This document shows, in pieces, positions 11,786 to 25,300 of a stretch of 64,000 nucleotides of DNA. The DNA comes from Mobula hypostoma (Eukaryota). A model generated the notes under the pieces. That model saw nothing but the letters and a program-made list of their open reading frames with translations. It did no database searches and was not told the DNA's origin. How positions within the stretch are numbered: position 1 is the first letter of the stretch; each line of letters starts with the position of its first letter. The DNA is taken from NCBI RefSeq assembly GCF_963921235.1, contig NC_086097.1, forward strand, positions 92,692,001 to 92,756,000, written 5' to 3'. The translations under genes and the position numbers were made by a program.

Positions 11786-13658
11786 TAATCTAAGCCAAGT
11801 TCATGCTAATCCAAGAAAACAAATTTTAGGGTAGTATATGTTAACATACAAGTACTATGAATGGGGAGGGGGGAGGAGGAGAAAAAGACTGGGAGAGAGA
11901 GGTGGAGGGGGAAGACTATGGGACTTTGATGTTTCTATCATTCATTCTATGGGGTTTCTTGGTTCGTGGATGTCTGTGAAAAGTACAAAATTCAGATTGT
12001 ATACTGTATACATTCTGATATTAAATGAACCATTGAATTCCTCAAGACTTCAGAGCATTTCCAGGAAGATCTACAACACAATGCAATAGTCAGCCAGCTA
12101 TGTGGTATGTGCGTAGGTGATGGTGTTCAGTACTGGCTGCAGAGACCTTCACGAGACAACTATTTTGTGCCGATGGATTGACATCTGCAGACTGCTGGCC
12201 TGCACATAAAGTGGCTGCTATTCTGGGAGCTTGGATCTGTCAGGTGTGCGAGAGTGATTCAGCTAACCTTCAGAGGAAAAACTCATTAACTGTGCTGCCA
12301 GAGTGGCACAGATTGATAGGATGGGAAGATGGAGCACCACGCCAGCAATGCAGGCATTCAGAGTTGAGAGATGTCGAGGCTCTGCAATGTCAGGCAGTGG
12401 ATTTAATTGCTCTATCACACAAACAGCCACAGAGACTGCAGCATTTTGCAATTCACAGAAGGGGGTTAGGGGGAAGAGGACACAGACTCAACAATGTCAG
12501 GAGAAAAAAGTTAGTGAAGGTATCCCAAAGCAGCTTCATCGTTGAGAATGAGTCAGGATTGTGATATTATAGGCCTCTACTCCTAACGTTACTCAAGGAG
12601 TGCAGAACTATCCAAGAACTAACATCTGAATGTCAATGACTGCCAGGATAGTATACAAGAGCCAGTGACCATGCAACTAATATCCACATAAGGTGACGTT
12701 CGGAAAATTGGATCAGCGACCATGTGAATAATATCAGAAGAAGTGTTGTTGTACAGTGGATCAATTTCAGAAGCCAGAGAATGTGGGTCTACAATTAGAG
12801 GGACTGTATAATTGCAAATTTCGTAAGATTCTACTGGCCTTTCAGCTCACGATATCTGTGCAGGTATAAAAAAACTTGCTAGCCTAATCTAGCATTTGAC
12901 CTTTGTTATGCAGTTCTTGAAGCATACATCTTGGTACAGCCCAAGTGTGATCAATTCAAGTTTCTGGCTTCCTTCCAGACAGTGAGTTTCACATACCTTC
13001 CACCCACTGTGCTTCTGGCTCATTCATCTCATGCTCCCATCAGCCTCTGGCTCCTGATTTTTGAACCTTCAGCTAAATGAAGCATCAATGTCATACTTGA
13101 TTTACCCAGGTCTCAGTTAAATCCGGCCTGAGCCCCCGCTTCTCTAAAGGGGGTAAAAACAGTATATCCAACCTTTCATAATGGAACAGCAAAATCTTGT
13201 CATGAACATCTCTGGCCTAAACATCTAAGGGCTCACACCACTGAAGGCCAAGAACAGAGGAGAGTTTAAGAACACAGAGCCATTCAGTGTCAACTGAAAG
13301 GAGTACTTGACAGAACTCCACCTTAACTCAGTCCCTGTCACAAGCATCCCTGACTCCATAACACAGCAGACTATCTGGCACATTTCCAGCATCACCCCAG
13401 GCTGACAAGAAGCTGAAAAAGCCTTCTAAAATCAATGAGACCTAAGGAATAGTTCATGTCCCACTGAAGACTTTACCCTTGTTAGTGAGGAATTTTAGTC
13501 ATAAATCAACAACCTCACCACCCACATCTGAGAAGCAGCAGATTCACTAAGGACCTCAAAGATTCCATCATCATAAGATCCACTAGCATGATAAAATGGA
13601 CTCCTAACCTTAAAATCTACCTTGTCATAGCCTTGCACCTTATTGTCTGCCTGCACTA

Positions 13659-14479
13659 CGGTGGATTCCGATTAATCGGCACCAGTACGTTTTGGCCCAA
13701 TTAAGCAGCTATTAGCCAAAGTTTCATGGAAATAGTTTTTAAAATGTATAAAAACGATAAACTATTGCTTTAATGTGTAACAAATTATGTATTTAAATGA
13801 AATTAGAACACCACCAAAACTACTACAACAATACTAAAAAACTCCGAATAGCTATCGACAGAGAAATTCATCCAGTGTACACTGTGTTCTTTTGATTCTC
13901 TGTAAATGAACACAATCAGCGCAGACACCTAGTGTAGATAATTTGTTACACATTAAAACAATCATCGTGAATACAATGCTTTCAAAAATTCCATCCTCCA
14001 GATCTTCATTTTCACTGAAACATTCAAGATGATTGTCGATACATTCAAATTTGTCATAGTTTTTACTTGTTGAAGTAGTGAAATCATTTCATTTTCACTT
14101 CCAGCCATTTCTGGCATCTCCAAACCTGAAGGCTTGAAACCGCAGTGAGTAAAACAGTTCTGAATTGTCTTAGTGCTTATTACTTGCCAACTATCAGTCA
14201 CAAAAATCACTTCTTTTTCTTTTAAAAACACAAACACACCAAAATGATGCTATTTAAGACTGTTTGCTCTATGCACAGTGTAGTGTCTAACAGCCACACG
14301 ACATGCACACAACTGACACTAGTTAGAAACTGTTCAGCAACAATCTCCTGTCCCAATTAAGTGGTATAGTGCCCCAAATAAACAAAGGGAATTTCTTTGA
14401 TTTGTTTCATTCTTTAAGATTTGTCCCAAGTAAGCAGCTGCCCCAATTAACCGATGGCCCAATTAACAGGAATCCAATG
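13659..14479 (-). mobile_element. Tigger/pogo-like non-autonomous DNA transposon
   Basis: TA|cggtggattccgattaatcgg ... ccaattaacaggaatccaatg|TA terminal inverted repeats. Transposase C-terminal remnant DSWQVISTKTIQNCFTHCGF in ORF 13962-14237. Sits inside an older LINE 3' end. Confidence 0.8.
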
Positions 14480-15109
14480 TATTTTATACTGCTGTTTTTT
14501 ATTGCTTTCCTTTGTACTTATTTGATGCACTGAGAAATTAAATGAACTGTATGGATGGCATTTAGGCTTTTTTCACTTCACTTCAGCATGTGAAAATATA
14601 AACAAATTAATTTAATTTAGCATCTTTGCAGAAGATAATTCTGACTGTAATGTTTACAGGGGAGTCTGTCTGCTGTCTTAGAATCACATTACCAATTAGA
14701 GGATAGGATCCTAAAGCCTCTTTGAAAAGTACATCATGCCAATTCATATAATTCATGGAAAACCCTGGACCATCACTGTTCATGGTAGAGGAGTAGCATT
14801 CACGAAGCCACTGATAGCTTCAGACCGGGCTGTTCAGGAGCACAGCAAAGGCAATGGAAGAGACGCATCGCCTCCCAAATTTGCCACTTACTCTCCCCAT
14901 CAAGAACCTCCATCTTCACCTGTTGTAGAATCTCCGACATTGACATCCTCAGCCACCTCACAACCCACAAAGCTAGAGTGGAAGTCACACTTACAAGTTA
15001 GGAATTTTGAAGAAGAAAGGACGAAGACACAATATGCAAGCTATTATAAACCACGGTTCTAAACAATTCTTGCATAATCACTCAGCTCCAATATTTTATG
15101 TCTCAGCTT

Positions 15110-15548
15110 ATAGAAACATAGAATACCTACAGCACAATACAGGCCTTTCGGCCCACAGAGTTGTGCCGAACATGTCCCTACTTTAGAAATTACTAGGCTT
15201 ACCTATAGCCCTCTATTTTTCTAAGCTCCATGTACTTATCTAAAAGACCTTATCATATCAGCCTCCACCACCGTTGCCGGCAGCCCATTCTATGCACTCA
15301 CCACTCTGAGTAGAAAACTTACCCTTGACATCTCCTCTGTACCTACTCCCCAGCACCTTAAACCTGTGTCTTCTTGTGGCAACAATTTCAGCTCTGGGAA
15401 AAAGCCTCTGACTATCCACGCGACCAATGCCTCTCATCATCTTACAGACCTCTATCAGGTCACCTCTTATTCTCCGTCGCTCCAAGGAGAAAAGGCCAAG
15501 TTCACTCAACCTATTCTCATAAGGCATGCTCCCCAATCCAGGCAACAT
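15110..15548 (-). mobile_element. CR1 LINE 3' end
   Basis: YENRLSELGLFSLERRRIRGDLIEVCK motif, gggccgaaaggcctgta 3'UTR stem, (TTCTATGT)n tail. Confidence 0.9.
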
Positions 15549-16149
15549 GAAGGAAGGAAAGCATCCCATATACCCCTTTTAACCTTCTTTGCAGTGTTCA
15601 AGAGAACACAATGTGAGACGGCGCCGGTAAGCTATGGCAAAGTTCTGCGGGCTATGTAGAATACTTGTAAATATATTTCTTTTGAATTACTCTCACTGTA
15701 ATCTGCATCAAGTAATTTCCCACAATCTATGGACCCATTTTCAAGGAATCTTCATCTCATGGTCTCAATATTTATTTTTTCTGTTTCTTTTTGTTTTTGC
15801 AGATTGTTGTCTTTTGCACACCAGTTGTCTGCCCTGTTGGTGTGGTCTTTCACTGATTCTATTATGGTTATTGGATTTAGTGAGTATGCCCACAAGACAG
15901 TTAAATCTCAGGCTTGTATATGGTGACATATATGTACTTTGTACAAACAAAGACTTCAATAGCATAGATTGTGAAAGGCACAATTTGCCCCAAATCACAA
16001 TGGACTGTGTTTGATCTGAAACCCAACAGCATTCCCTGACCTTACATCTACCAACTGGTCAAATTTTCACTGAGCACTGATCCACTGAATCAAAGCAAAG
16101 GGCAGCAATTCTCAAATCCAAACAACATTTGGAGGGTTGGGTGACTTAC

Positions 16150-16317
16150 CTCATCAGAAGGGGAGATTAAAAGTGCCTTTAGAGCCTGAACGCAGGCAGC
16201 AATTACATTTTCAACGCTATCATCCAGTGCAAAGCGAAGGAGGAACAAACAGCCAGCATCCAGCAGCATTCTCAACACACTGTGCTTGAGGGAGGAGGAG
16301 AAATCACCCACTTTAGC
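16150..16317 (-). CDS. RPAP1: RPAP1 internal coding exon (168 nt, phase 0)
   Basis: ttttatgctag|GCT AAA...GAT GAG|gtaagt. Translates [56 protein letters not shown] (LLDAGxLFLLRFxLDD motif). Confidence 0.95.
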
Positions 16318-16345
16318 CTAGCATAAAACAACAAGAAAACAACTT

Positions 16346-16549
16346 AGAGGAAATCTGCAGATGCTGGAATTTCAAGCAACACACATAAAAATTGCTGGTG
16401 AACACAGCAGGCCAGGCAGCATCTATAAGAAGAGGTACAGTTGACGTTTCGGGCCAAGACCCTTCATCAAAATCTCCTGACGAAGGGTCTCGGCCCGAAG
16501 CGTCGACTGTAGCTCTTCCTATAGATGCTGCCTGGCCTGCTGCGTTTAC
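16346..16549. mobile_element. Penelope-derived fold-back insertion with 14-bp TSD and hammerhead motifs
   Basis: caagaaaacaactt at 16332-16345 and 16550-16563. Inverted arms 16397-16469 and 16478-16550. CTGACGA-agggtctcggccc-GAAG-cgtc-gactg at 16477-16509. Confidence 0.9.
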
Positions 16550-19500
16550 CAAGAAAACAACTTGATGTACTTGCACCAAACATCCCATAATCAATGAGAA
16601 GCAACAAACTCTCGGTTTTACCTCTCAGATGTCAAAAAGAGGATCAAGAGCAAAGGCAGTTCTTCCCTACGCCATAACTTGCAAAGACTTCCAGGGATTT
16701 CTCTGTGGTTCCATATGCAATGTACTTGGCAACACCAACAACGATGGAGTCAGCTTTTGCATGTTCTCTGACAACATCCAGCTCAGTATACCGACCATCT
16801 GTCTTGCCTCCTCTGCCTCTACACTGTCAAACTGTTAAGTCTGTACTCATTCCTTCAAGACTAACTACCTTCAATCCCATCAAAAATATATTTGATTCAC
16901 TATGAATCCCATCTCTCTCCTAGAATCTTAACTTTTTATTTGACCCTGAGATTCTGGTCTTTACATTCCCATCCACCCTCACAAAATCTGGTTCATTAAA
17001 ATCTTTTACCGTGCCATTTGATGAGTCTAAACCCCTCTTCTCCAACATCTGATTTTCTATCCTCATACAAAATCCTATCCAGACCTTAAACTATACAAAA
17101 TCTCACAGGCACCACTACTCACTTGTTAATTGGCTTTCAGTTTGTAAATATTCTGATTTAAAACTATTTATTTTTTGCCCCTATAACTTCCTCTAGTGCA
17201 GCAACACCTTCCTTTGATCACCATTTGTGGGTGTGCCTTTAGTCACCTTGGCAAAATGTCTGTACTTACACTGAGTGCTCAGCTTGGCAGATTTTAAGAT
17301 CCTCTACTAAAGCTATCAACATAAGAAGTGAACAAAAGTTGATGCAGTTTTGATAGTTGAATAGCCCACAAATACTCACCTGTCCTCCAATATTTAAATT
17401 ATAATCTTGTTACAGGATTGCACAGCATATACCTTAGGTGGAAAGGAATGCACTGTTCTCATTTAAAAAGAAACAAGCTCCAGCTTTATAAATGCGCTAT
17501 TCAGCCTGCACTTACCTTAATTTCCCAGACAATGTAGAAGTAGCTCACCTCAGATCAGGTGCTTTAGATTTGTTTTGTCATCAGGAACAGAGGTTGTAGA
17601 TATGACATATAAGACAGTAACTGACATCACAACACTTGTAGAAATCTCAGCTTGCAAGACAGGTTCAAGATGGTTGCAAGTACAGAGGATGAGAACCAAA
17701 ATCTACAGACATATTTGAGCACAGGAGTACATGGTACGTGATATATTTGAGTGGGGAAGTGCAATGTGTGAGAAAGAAAGAGAGTTTTCTGGAAACAGGG
17801 CACAATGTTGCCAGGGTGATGGATGGTAGTGTTCAGCATGCAACTCTCAAATAATATATCAACTGCCTGGCGTCAAGAGTTGAGAGCCCTTCACAGCAGG
17901 ATGCAAGATGCCAATTGTGACAGTTCCAGAGGGACCAGAGGCATGTGTAAAACAAATGAAAGTTTAAAAAGCCCGGGTATAAAACAGAACCTCGAGAGAC
18001 AATCTCTGAGTTACAGCAATATTCTCATGAAAGATGGACAAATGGATTACAGATGTAAATATGCAACTAAGAGAACCATGTGAGAGGCAGAGATTCAAGC
18101 AATGGGGCAAAGACACTCAGGGAAAGAGAGAGATGCTCCAATAAGGAGCAGAATTAGGCCATTTGGCCCATCGAGTCTGCTCCACCACTTCATCATGGCT
18201 GACCATTTTCCCTCTTAGCCCCAATCTGTTGCCTTCTCCCTGTATCCCTTCATGCCCTGATCAATCAAGAATCTATCAACCTTTGCTTTATATATACATA
18301 AAAACTTAGCCTCCACAATTGCCTGAGGCAAAGAATTCCACAGATTCACCACTCTCTGGCTAAAGAAATTCCTCCACATCTCCGTTCTAAAAGGATGCCC
18401 CTCAATTCTGAGGCTGTGTCCTCTGGTCCTAGACACTGCCAGTATTGGAGACATCCTCCCACATTTACTCAATCAAGGCCTTTCACCATTCAATATGTTT
18501 CAATGAGGTCACCACTCATTCTTCTGAATTGTAGTGAATACAGAAACAAAGCCATCAAATGGACAAACCATTCAATCCTGGAATCATTTTCATGAGCCTC
18601 CTTTGAACCTTCTTCAATGTCAGCACATCCCTTCTTAGATAAAGGGCCCAAAACGGCTCACAATACCCCACACGAGGCCTCACCATTGCTTTATAAAGTC
18701 TCAACATTACATCCTTGCTTTTATATTCTAGTCCTCTTGAAATGAATGCTCACACTGCATTTGCCTTCCTCACCACAGACTCAACCTGCAACTTAACCTT
18801 TAGGGAACTCAGCAGAAGGACTCTCAAGTCCCCTTGCACCTCAGTTTCTTTGTATTTTCTCTCCATTTAGAAAATATTCAAGACTTTCATTTCTTCTACT
18901 AAAGTGGATGACCATACACTTCCCAACACTGTATTCCATCTGACATTTCTTCGTCCATTCTCGTAATCTAATTCCTTCTGTAGCCCCTCTACTTCCTCAA
19001 AACTACCTGCCCCTCCAACCATCTCCATATCATCTGCAAACTTTGCAACAAAACCATCAATTCCATCATCCAAATCATTGACATATAACATAAAAATAAT
19101 TGGTTCCAACATAGATCTCTGTGAAACATCACTGGTCACCGAGCAGCCAACTAGGAACAACTCCCTTTATTCCCATTCTTTTCCTCCTGCCAATCAGCCA
19201 TTGTTTTATCCATGCTAGAATCTTTCCTGTAATACTATGGGTTCATAGCTTGTTACGCAGCCTCATAAGTGGCAACGTGTCAAAGGCCTTCTGAAAATCT
19301 AAGTATACAACATTTACCCAATCTCCTTTGTATATCCTGCTTGTTATTTCTTCAAAGAATTCTAACAGGTTTGTCAGGCAAGATTTTCCTTTGAGGAAAC
19401 CTTGCTTACTACAGCCTTTTTATCATGTGCCTCCAATTACCCTGAGACCTCATCCTTAATAATCGACTCCAACATCTTCCCAACCACTGAGGTCAGACTA

Positions 19501-19950
19501 ATTGGCTTATAGCTACTTTTCTTCTGCCTCTCTACCTTTCTGAAGAATGGAGTGACATTTTCAATTTTCCATTCTTCCAGAACCATCCCAGTGATACTTG
19601 AAAGATCATTACGAATGCCTCCACAATCTCTTCAGCCACCTCTTTCAGAACCTGAGGTGTACACCATCGGGTCCAGGTGATTTATCTACCTTTAGACTTT
19701 TCAGTTTCCCAAGAACCTTCTCTCTAGTTATGGTAACTTCATACACTTCATGACCTGACAACTGGAATTTCCATTATACTGCTAGTCTTCCAAAGTGAAG
19801 ACTGGTGCAAAATCCTTATTTAGTTCATCCACCATTTCCTTGAGCCCCATTACAACCTCTCCAGCATCATTTTCCAGCAGTTCAATATCAACTTCTGCCT
19901 TCTTTTACACTGAAGAAATTTTTGGTATCCTCTTCAACATTATTGACTAG

Positions 19951-20395
19951 CTGAATTGGAGGCATGCCTTATGAGAATAGGTGGAGTGAACTTGGCCTTT
20001 TTTCCTGAGAGTGATGGAGGATGAGAGGTGACCTGATAGAGGTGTACAAGATGATGAGAGGCATTGATCGTGTAGATATTCAGAGGCTTTTTCCCACGGC
20101 TGAAATGGCTAGCACGAGAAGGCACAGTTTTAAGGTGCTTGGAAGTAGGTACAGAGGAGATGTCAGGGGTAAGTTTTTTTTTAACGCAGAGAGTGGTGAG
20201 TGCATGGAATGGGCTGCTGGCGACGGTGTGGAAGTGGGCACAATAGGGTCTTTTAAAAGACTCCTGGACAGGTACATGGAGCTCAGAAAAATAGAGGGCT
20301 ATGGGTAACCTTATGTAATTCCTAAAGTAAGGAGATGTTCGGCACAGCTTTGTGGGCCAAAGGGCCTGTATTGTGCCGAAGGTTTTCTATGTTTC
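19951..20395 (+). mobile_element. CR1 3' fragment nested antisense in the older CR1
   Basis: RGDLIEVYKMMRGIDRVD, same subfamily as 15110-15548, ttttctatgtttc tail. The host CR1 resumes on both sides. Confidence 0.88.
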
Positions 20396-20742
20396 TTACT
20401 TTCATATTCCATCTTTATCTTCTTAATGACTTTTTTTAGATGCTTTCTGTTGATTTTTAAAAGCTTCTCAATCCTCTAACTTCACACTAATTTTTGCTCT
20501 ATTATTTGCCTTCTCTTTAGCTTTTATGTTGGCTTTGACTTATTTTGTTAGCCACAGTTGTGTCATCTTTCCTTTAGAATACTTCTTCCCCTTTGGGATG
20601 TATATATCCTATGCCTTCTGAATTGCTTCCAGAAATTCTAGCCAATCCTGCTCTGCCATCATCCCTGCCAGTGTTCTTTTCCAATCAATTCTGGCCAACT
20701 CCTCTCTCATGCTTCTGCAATTCCCTTTACTCCACTGTAATA

Positions 20743-22354
20743 CAGGTGTCCCCAGCTTTTCGAACGTTCACTTTACGAAACCTCAGTTACGAAAGACCTA
20801 CATTAGTACCCTGTTTTCGCTTTCAGAAGGTGTTTTCACTGTTACGAAAAACAAGCAGCGCGCGATAAAAAATCAGCGCACGAAAAAATCAGCGCCCAAT
20901 AAAAGGCAGCGTGCGCCCCGAGCAGCCGCTCTCCCCGGGATTCGGAACAGCATTCTCGCCAGCATTGCTGAAACACATGCCTGTGAGCAGCCGTTTGCAA
21001 GATGAGTTCTATGGTATCGGAAAAGCCTGATAGAGCTCGTAAGGGTGTTACACTTAGCGTAAAACTAGACATAATTAAGCGTTTCGATCGTGGTGAACGA
21101 AGTAAGGACAAAGTGAGTTTGACTTTTGGAAGCTGATGAACATGATGTTGAAGAGGTTTTGGCATCCCATGACCAAGAACTGACAGATGAAGAGCTGATG
21201 CAATTGGAACAAAAAAGGATAACAATCGAAACCGAATGAGTAATGATAAAGTACGACTTTAATTTTGAAAGGGTACATCGGTTTAGGGGATATTTGCAGG
21301 ATGGTTTGAGTCCTTACAAAGAACTGTGTGATAGAAAAATGCGCAAGGCTCAGCAGTCAAGCAAGCCTTCCACATCAACCACAGCAGACACCGAACCTCG
21401 ACCTTCGACATCAGGGCAAGCAGTCATAGGAGAAGATGAGCTGCTTGCTCTAATGGAAACAGATGACGAGATGACACTCCAGTGTCCCACCACCCCAACC
21501 CCCAGGCCACGGACAGATACCGATTCGCAGAGAATGCAACGGTAGCCGGGAGGCACACAGCACACCTTTAAGAAAAAAGCCGAAATAAACATGCTAATTA
21601 ATTAGGTGTCGCCCGACACGTAATTGTCGGCCCAGATCAGAGACGACACAATCGGAAATCGGCACTGATCTGGGCCGACAATTACGTGCCGGGCGGCACC
21701 TAATTAATTAGCATGTTTATTTTGGCTTTTTTCTTAAAGATGTGCTGGATGCCTCCTGGCTACCGCTGCACCCCTGCATGCTTCGCGGCAATGTATCGCT
21801 CGGTGGCCTGGAAGGTGGGGGCCACTGCACCACCCCAACCTGCAACGACTCAGCCTAACACACCATCATCAGTGTGCTCGGCGCTGTCTTCCCGATTCCT
21901 GTAAGTGATACTACACTGTACATACATTATTTCTGCTTTATATCGGCTGTGTATTTTTACGTGTTATTTGGTATGATTTGGAAGCTTCATTGCTTAAAGG
22001 TTCCTGGAGAGCACTTGTGCAGTGTTTTTGCCAACAGCGCTTGTATGAGATTTTCTGCCGACGGCGCTTGTGTGAGATTTTCGCTCCGGAGAACAGTTCA
22101 GTAATGGTTGTGGAAAAGTATTTCTACTTTATATAGGCTGTGTATTTATCATATCATTCCTGCTTTTACTCTGTTACTGTTATTTTAGGTTTTATGTGTT
22201 ATTTGGCATGATTTGGTAGGTTATTTTTGGGTCTGCAAACGCTCACAAAATTTTCCCATATAAATAAATGGTAATTGCTTCTTCGCTTTACGACATATTG
22301 GCTTATGAACCGTTTCATAGGAACGCTCTACCTTCGGATGGTGGGGGAAACCTG
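20743..22354 (+). mobile_element. Tigger-like DNA transposon derivative with internal palindrome
   Basis: TA|caggtgtcccc ... gggggaaacctg|TA. Transposase remnants (cttagcgtaaaactagacataattaagcgtttc HTH start; DVEEVLASHDQELTDEELMQLE acidic C-terminus). Host CR1 is continuous across the TA. Confidence 0.85.
21480..21830. repeat. Long imperfect inverted repeat
   Basis: Core arms about 21527-21640 and 21665-21777 (aataaacatgctaattaattaggtg..cgtaattgtcggcccagatcag / ctgatctgggccgacaattacg..cacctaattaattagcatgtttat), 24-nt spacer, weaker outer extension. Confidence 0.9.
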
Positions 22355-25300
22355 TACTGATACATCTGGCTTTAGTTTGTCCTCAAATTTCAGGGTGAGT
22401 TCAATCATATTATGATTACTTGCCCCTAAGCGTTCTTTTACCTTTAGCTCTCTAATCATTTCTGGTTCATTGCACAATACCCAAACCAGAATAGCTGATC
22501 CCCTAGTGGGCTCAACCATGAGCTGCTCTAAAAAGCCATCTCATATGCACTCTAGAAAATCCCCCTTCGGTAATCCAGCAACAATCTGATTTTCCCAATA
22601 TACCTGCATATTGAAATCCCCCATGATTATTGTAACATTGCCGTTTTAGCATGCTTTTTTTTAATCTCCCATTGCAATTTGTAGGCCATATCCTTACTAC
22701 TGTTCAGGGGTCAGTATACAACTCCCATCAGAGTATTTTTACCCTTGCAGTTCCTCAGCTCTATCCACAATGATTCAACACATTCCAATTCTATGTCACC
22801 TCTTTCTAAAGATTTGTTTCCATTATCTTACTAACAGAGCCATGCCACCCCCTCTGCCTTCCTGCCTGTCCTTTTGATACAATGTGCATTCTTGGACATT
22901 AAGCTCCCAGCTATAATCTTCTTTCAGCCATGATTCAGTGATGCCTACAACATCATACCTGCCAATCCGCAACTGCGCTGCGAGTTCATCTACCATAATC
23001 CATACACTGCACACATTCAGATACAACACCTTCAGTCCTGTGTTCACCCTTTTCAATTTTGTCTACCTTTTACATTGCAACTCATCCTGGTGACTGCAAT
23101 TTTCCCTATCAACAGCCTCTCCTCACATTGCCTCTGTTTGTAAACCAGCTACCTAATCTTCAACACTGTTCTCCACCTTTCCTACGATACTTCTTGCATT
23201 GAAATATACGCAGCTCAGGACACGAGTCACACCATGCTCAACCTTCTGATTAGTAACTTTGTCTGAGGTCTTACCAACATCTGCCTCCACAACATCTCCA
23301 CTAACGGTTCTGGCACTCTGGTTCCCATCCCCCTTTAACTCTAATTTAAACCTCACTGTACAGCATTACAAACCTTCCTGCTAGGATATTAGCCCACCTC
23401 CAGTTCAGGTGCAAACCGTCCTGTACAGGTCCCATCTTCATTGAGCCAATGGGACAGGCTCAATTCAAAATGGCCTGATGGACTGAATTATTGGAGCAGA
23501 GGATCGGTCTTTAAGCTAATAAGATGGTGGATGAGACAAGGCAGGGTCAGTTTAAGTGAAAAGTAAAACATCAGGATTATGGACCAAAATACTGATTTGG
23601 GTAAAATCAAGCAGAACGCATCATAAAGAGCTGAGGGTTAACAAAAATAATAAATCATTAAGAACTAATGTTACTTCAGGGAAATAGTGCAAAAAGCTAA
23701 CATTAATAGCTCTCTTTCTCAGTATACAAAGCATACATCTGTGCTGGTTTACAAATATAATTAAATAGGATAAATAGACAGGGTGAAAGCACAGGCTTTT
23801 TCTCAGGGTTCGTGAATCAAGAGCTAGAGTGTATAGGTTTAAGAGAGGGGAGAGATTTAATATGAACTAGAGGGGCTATTTGTTCACCTAGCGGGTGATA
23901 TGTATATGGAGTCTACCAGAGGAAGTGGTTGAGGCAGATGTATTAACAGCATTTAAAAGGTGCGTAGATAGGAACGACTTAAAGGAATATAAATCAGATA
24001 GGCCAAAGGGCCCATTTCGTATGACTCTCTATAAATAGAGGTAAATGGTTTGATCTCATAGCCATTACTGAGATAAGGAATGCGGAGAGCAGCGTTTGGA
24101 ATAAAATATTCCAGGGTAATTTACTCATGGAGAGGCAAGCAAAATGAAAACAAAGCGTTAGTATTATTCTGCTCATAAATGATGACGCAAAGGAAGAAAG
24201 GAGAAGCCAAGAAAAATCAGATGCAAAATCAATAGAGCTGGAGCTATAAATTAAGACTAAAAAAGACTGTAGCAATAAACACACAAAAATAACATTGGAC
24301 AGAGTACAAATCAGGAAATTAGAGAATGCTACCAGGGTAATTCGATAGTCCTAAGGGACTTTCATCATTACATGTACAGGGCAAAACAACTTTGCGAAAG
24401 TTGATTGAAGGAAGGGTTCACGGAATATGTTCAAGATAGTTTCATAAAACAATACGTTCAGGAACCAACCAAATAAAGGCCCTATGAGATTTACAATTGT
24501 GCAAACAGTTAGTGCTAATTAGCAAACTTTTTAATAAAAGATCAGCAAGGGAAAAGTCATTCTAATAATGATAAAACTTTAAGTTTTAAAGCAATATGGC
24601 TAAACCCTCAATTAGAAAGTTTTCAATTTAACAAAATTGCTCAGGTGAGGTGTAGGTTAGCTGAGGTAGTATATAAAAATGAATTAGATGGAATGACAAT
24701 GGTTCACCAATGGGATACGATTAAAGAATTCTGAATGATTAAACACTCCACTGAGTAAAAAAAATCTCCAATGCAAAAGCAGAATAGCCACAGCTGGGGA
24801 CATGGGGTAAGGTAAATTATATTGGTAATTGTAATGGTAAATTATACATGTAATTGGTAAATTACATTGAGCAGCAATATTAAACAACCATTAGAAATAG
24901 AAATTTGTAGCACAGAAGGTAGCCATTTGACCCATCATACACATCCCATCCAGAAACAGACTTTGGTCTATTCCAATTTCCATATTTGCCCATAGCTCTA
25001 GGAGTACCTGCAAGTACTCAAACAGGTACCTTGTAAATATGGTAAAAGTTTTGGATTCCAAAATCCTTTCAAACAAAATGTAAACATTTTTCCTCTAATC
25101 TCCTCTAATCATTATAGCAACGAACTTAAGCATAGGCTCCTTCAATATTCACCCTAACTGTAACTCTCATAAATATACATCCTGGTTACATGACACATTT
25201 GCATCCCTTGCCCCAAACAAAGCAATCTCAGCCTGATATATCCCTTCTTCTTCTTTAGAATTGTAATGGCAGTTGGCAGTCCAACTTAAAGGTACATTAC

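Larger units (their letters stand above)
18135..23445 (-). mobile_element. Near-complete decayed CR1 LINE (ORF1 end, APE, RT, 3'UTR) with two nested insertions
   Basis: ORF1 esterase-like DGLHLNW near 23400, LKVLYLN/DVVGITESWL (APE), KFADD (ORF 18867-19160), RNFFSQRVVNLWNSLP C-terminus. Confidence 0.9.
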
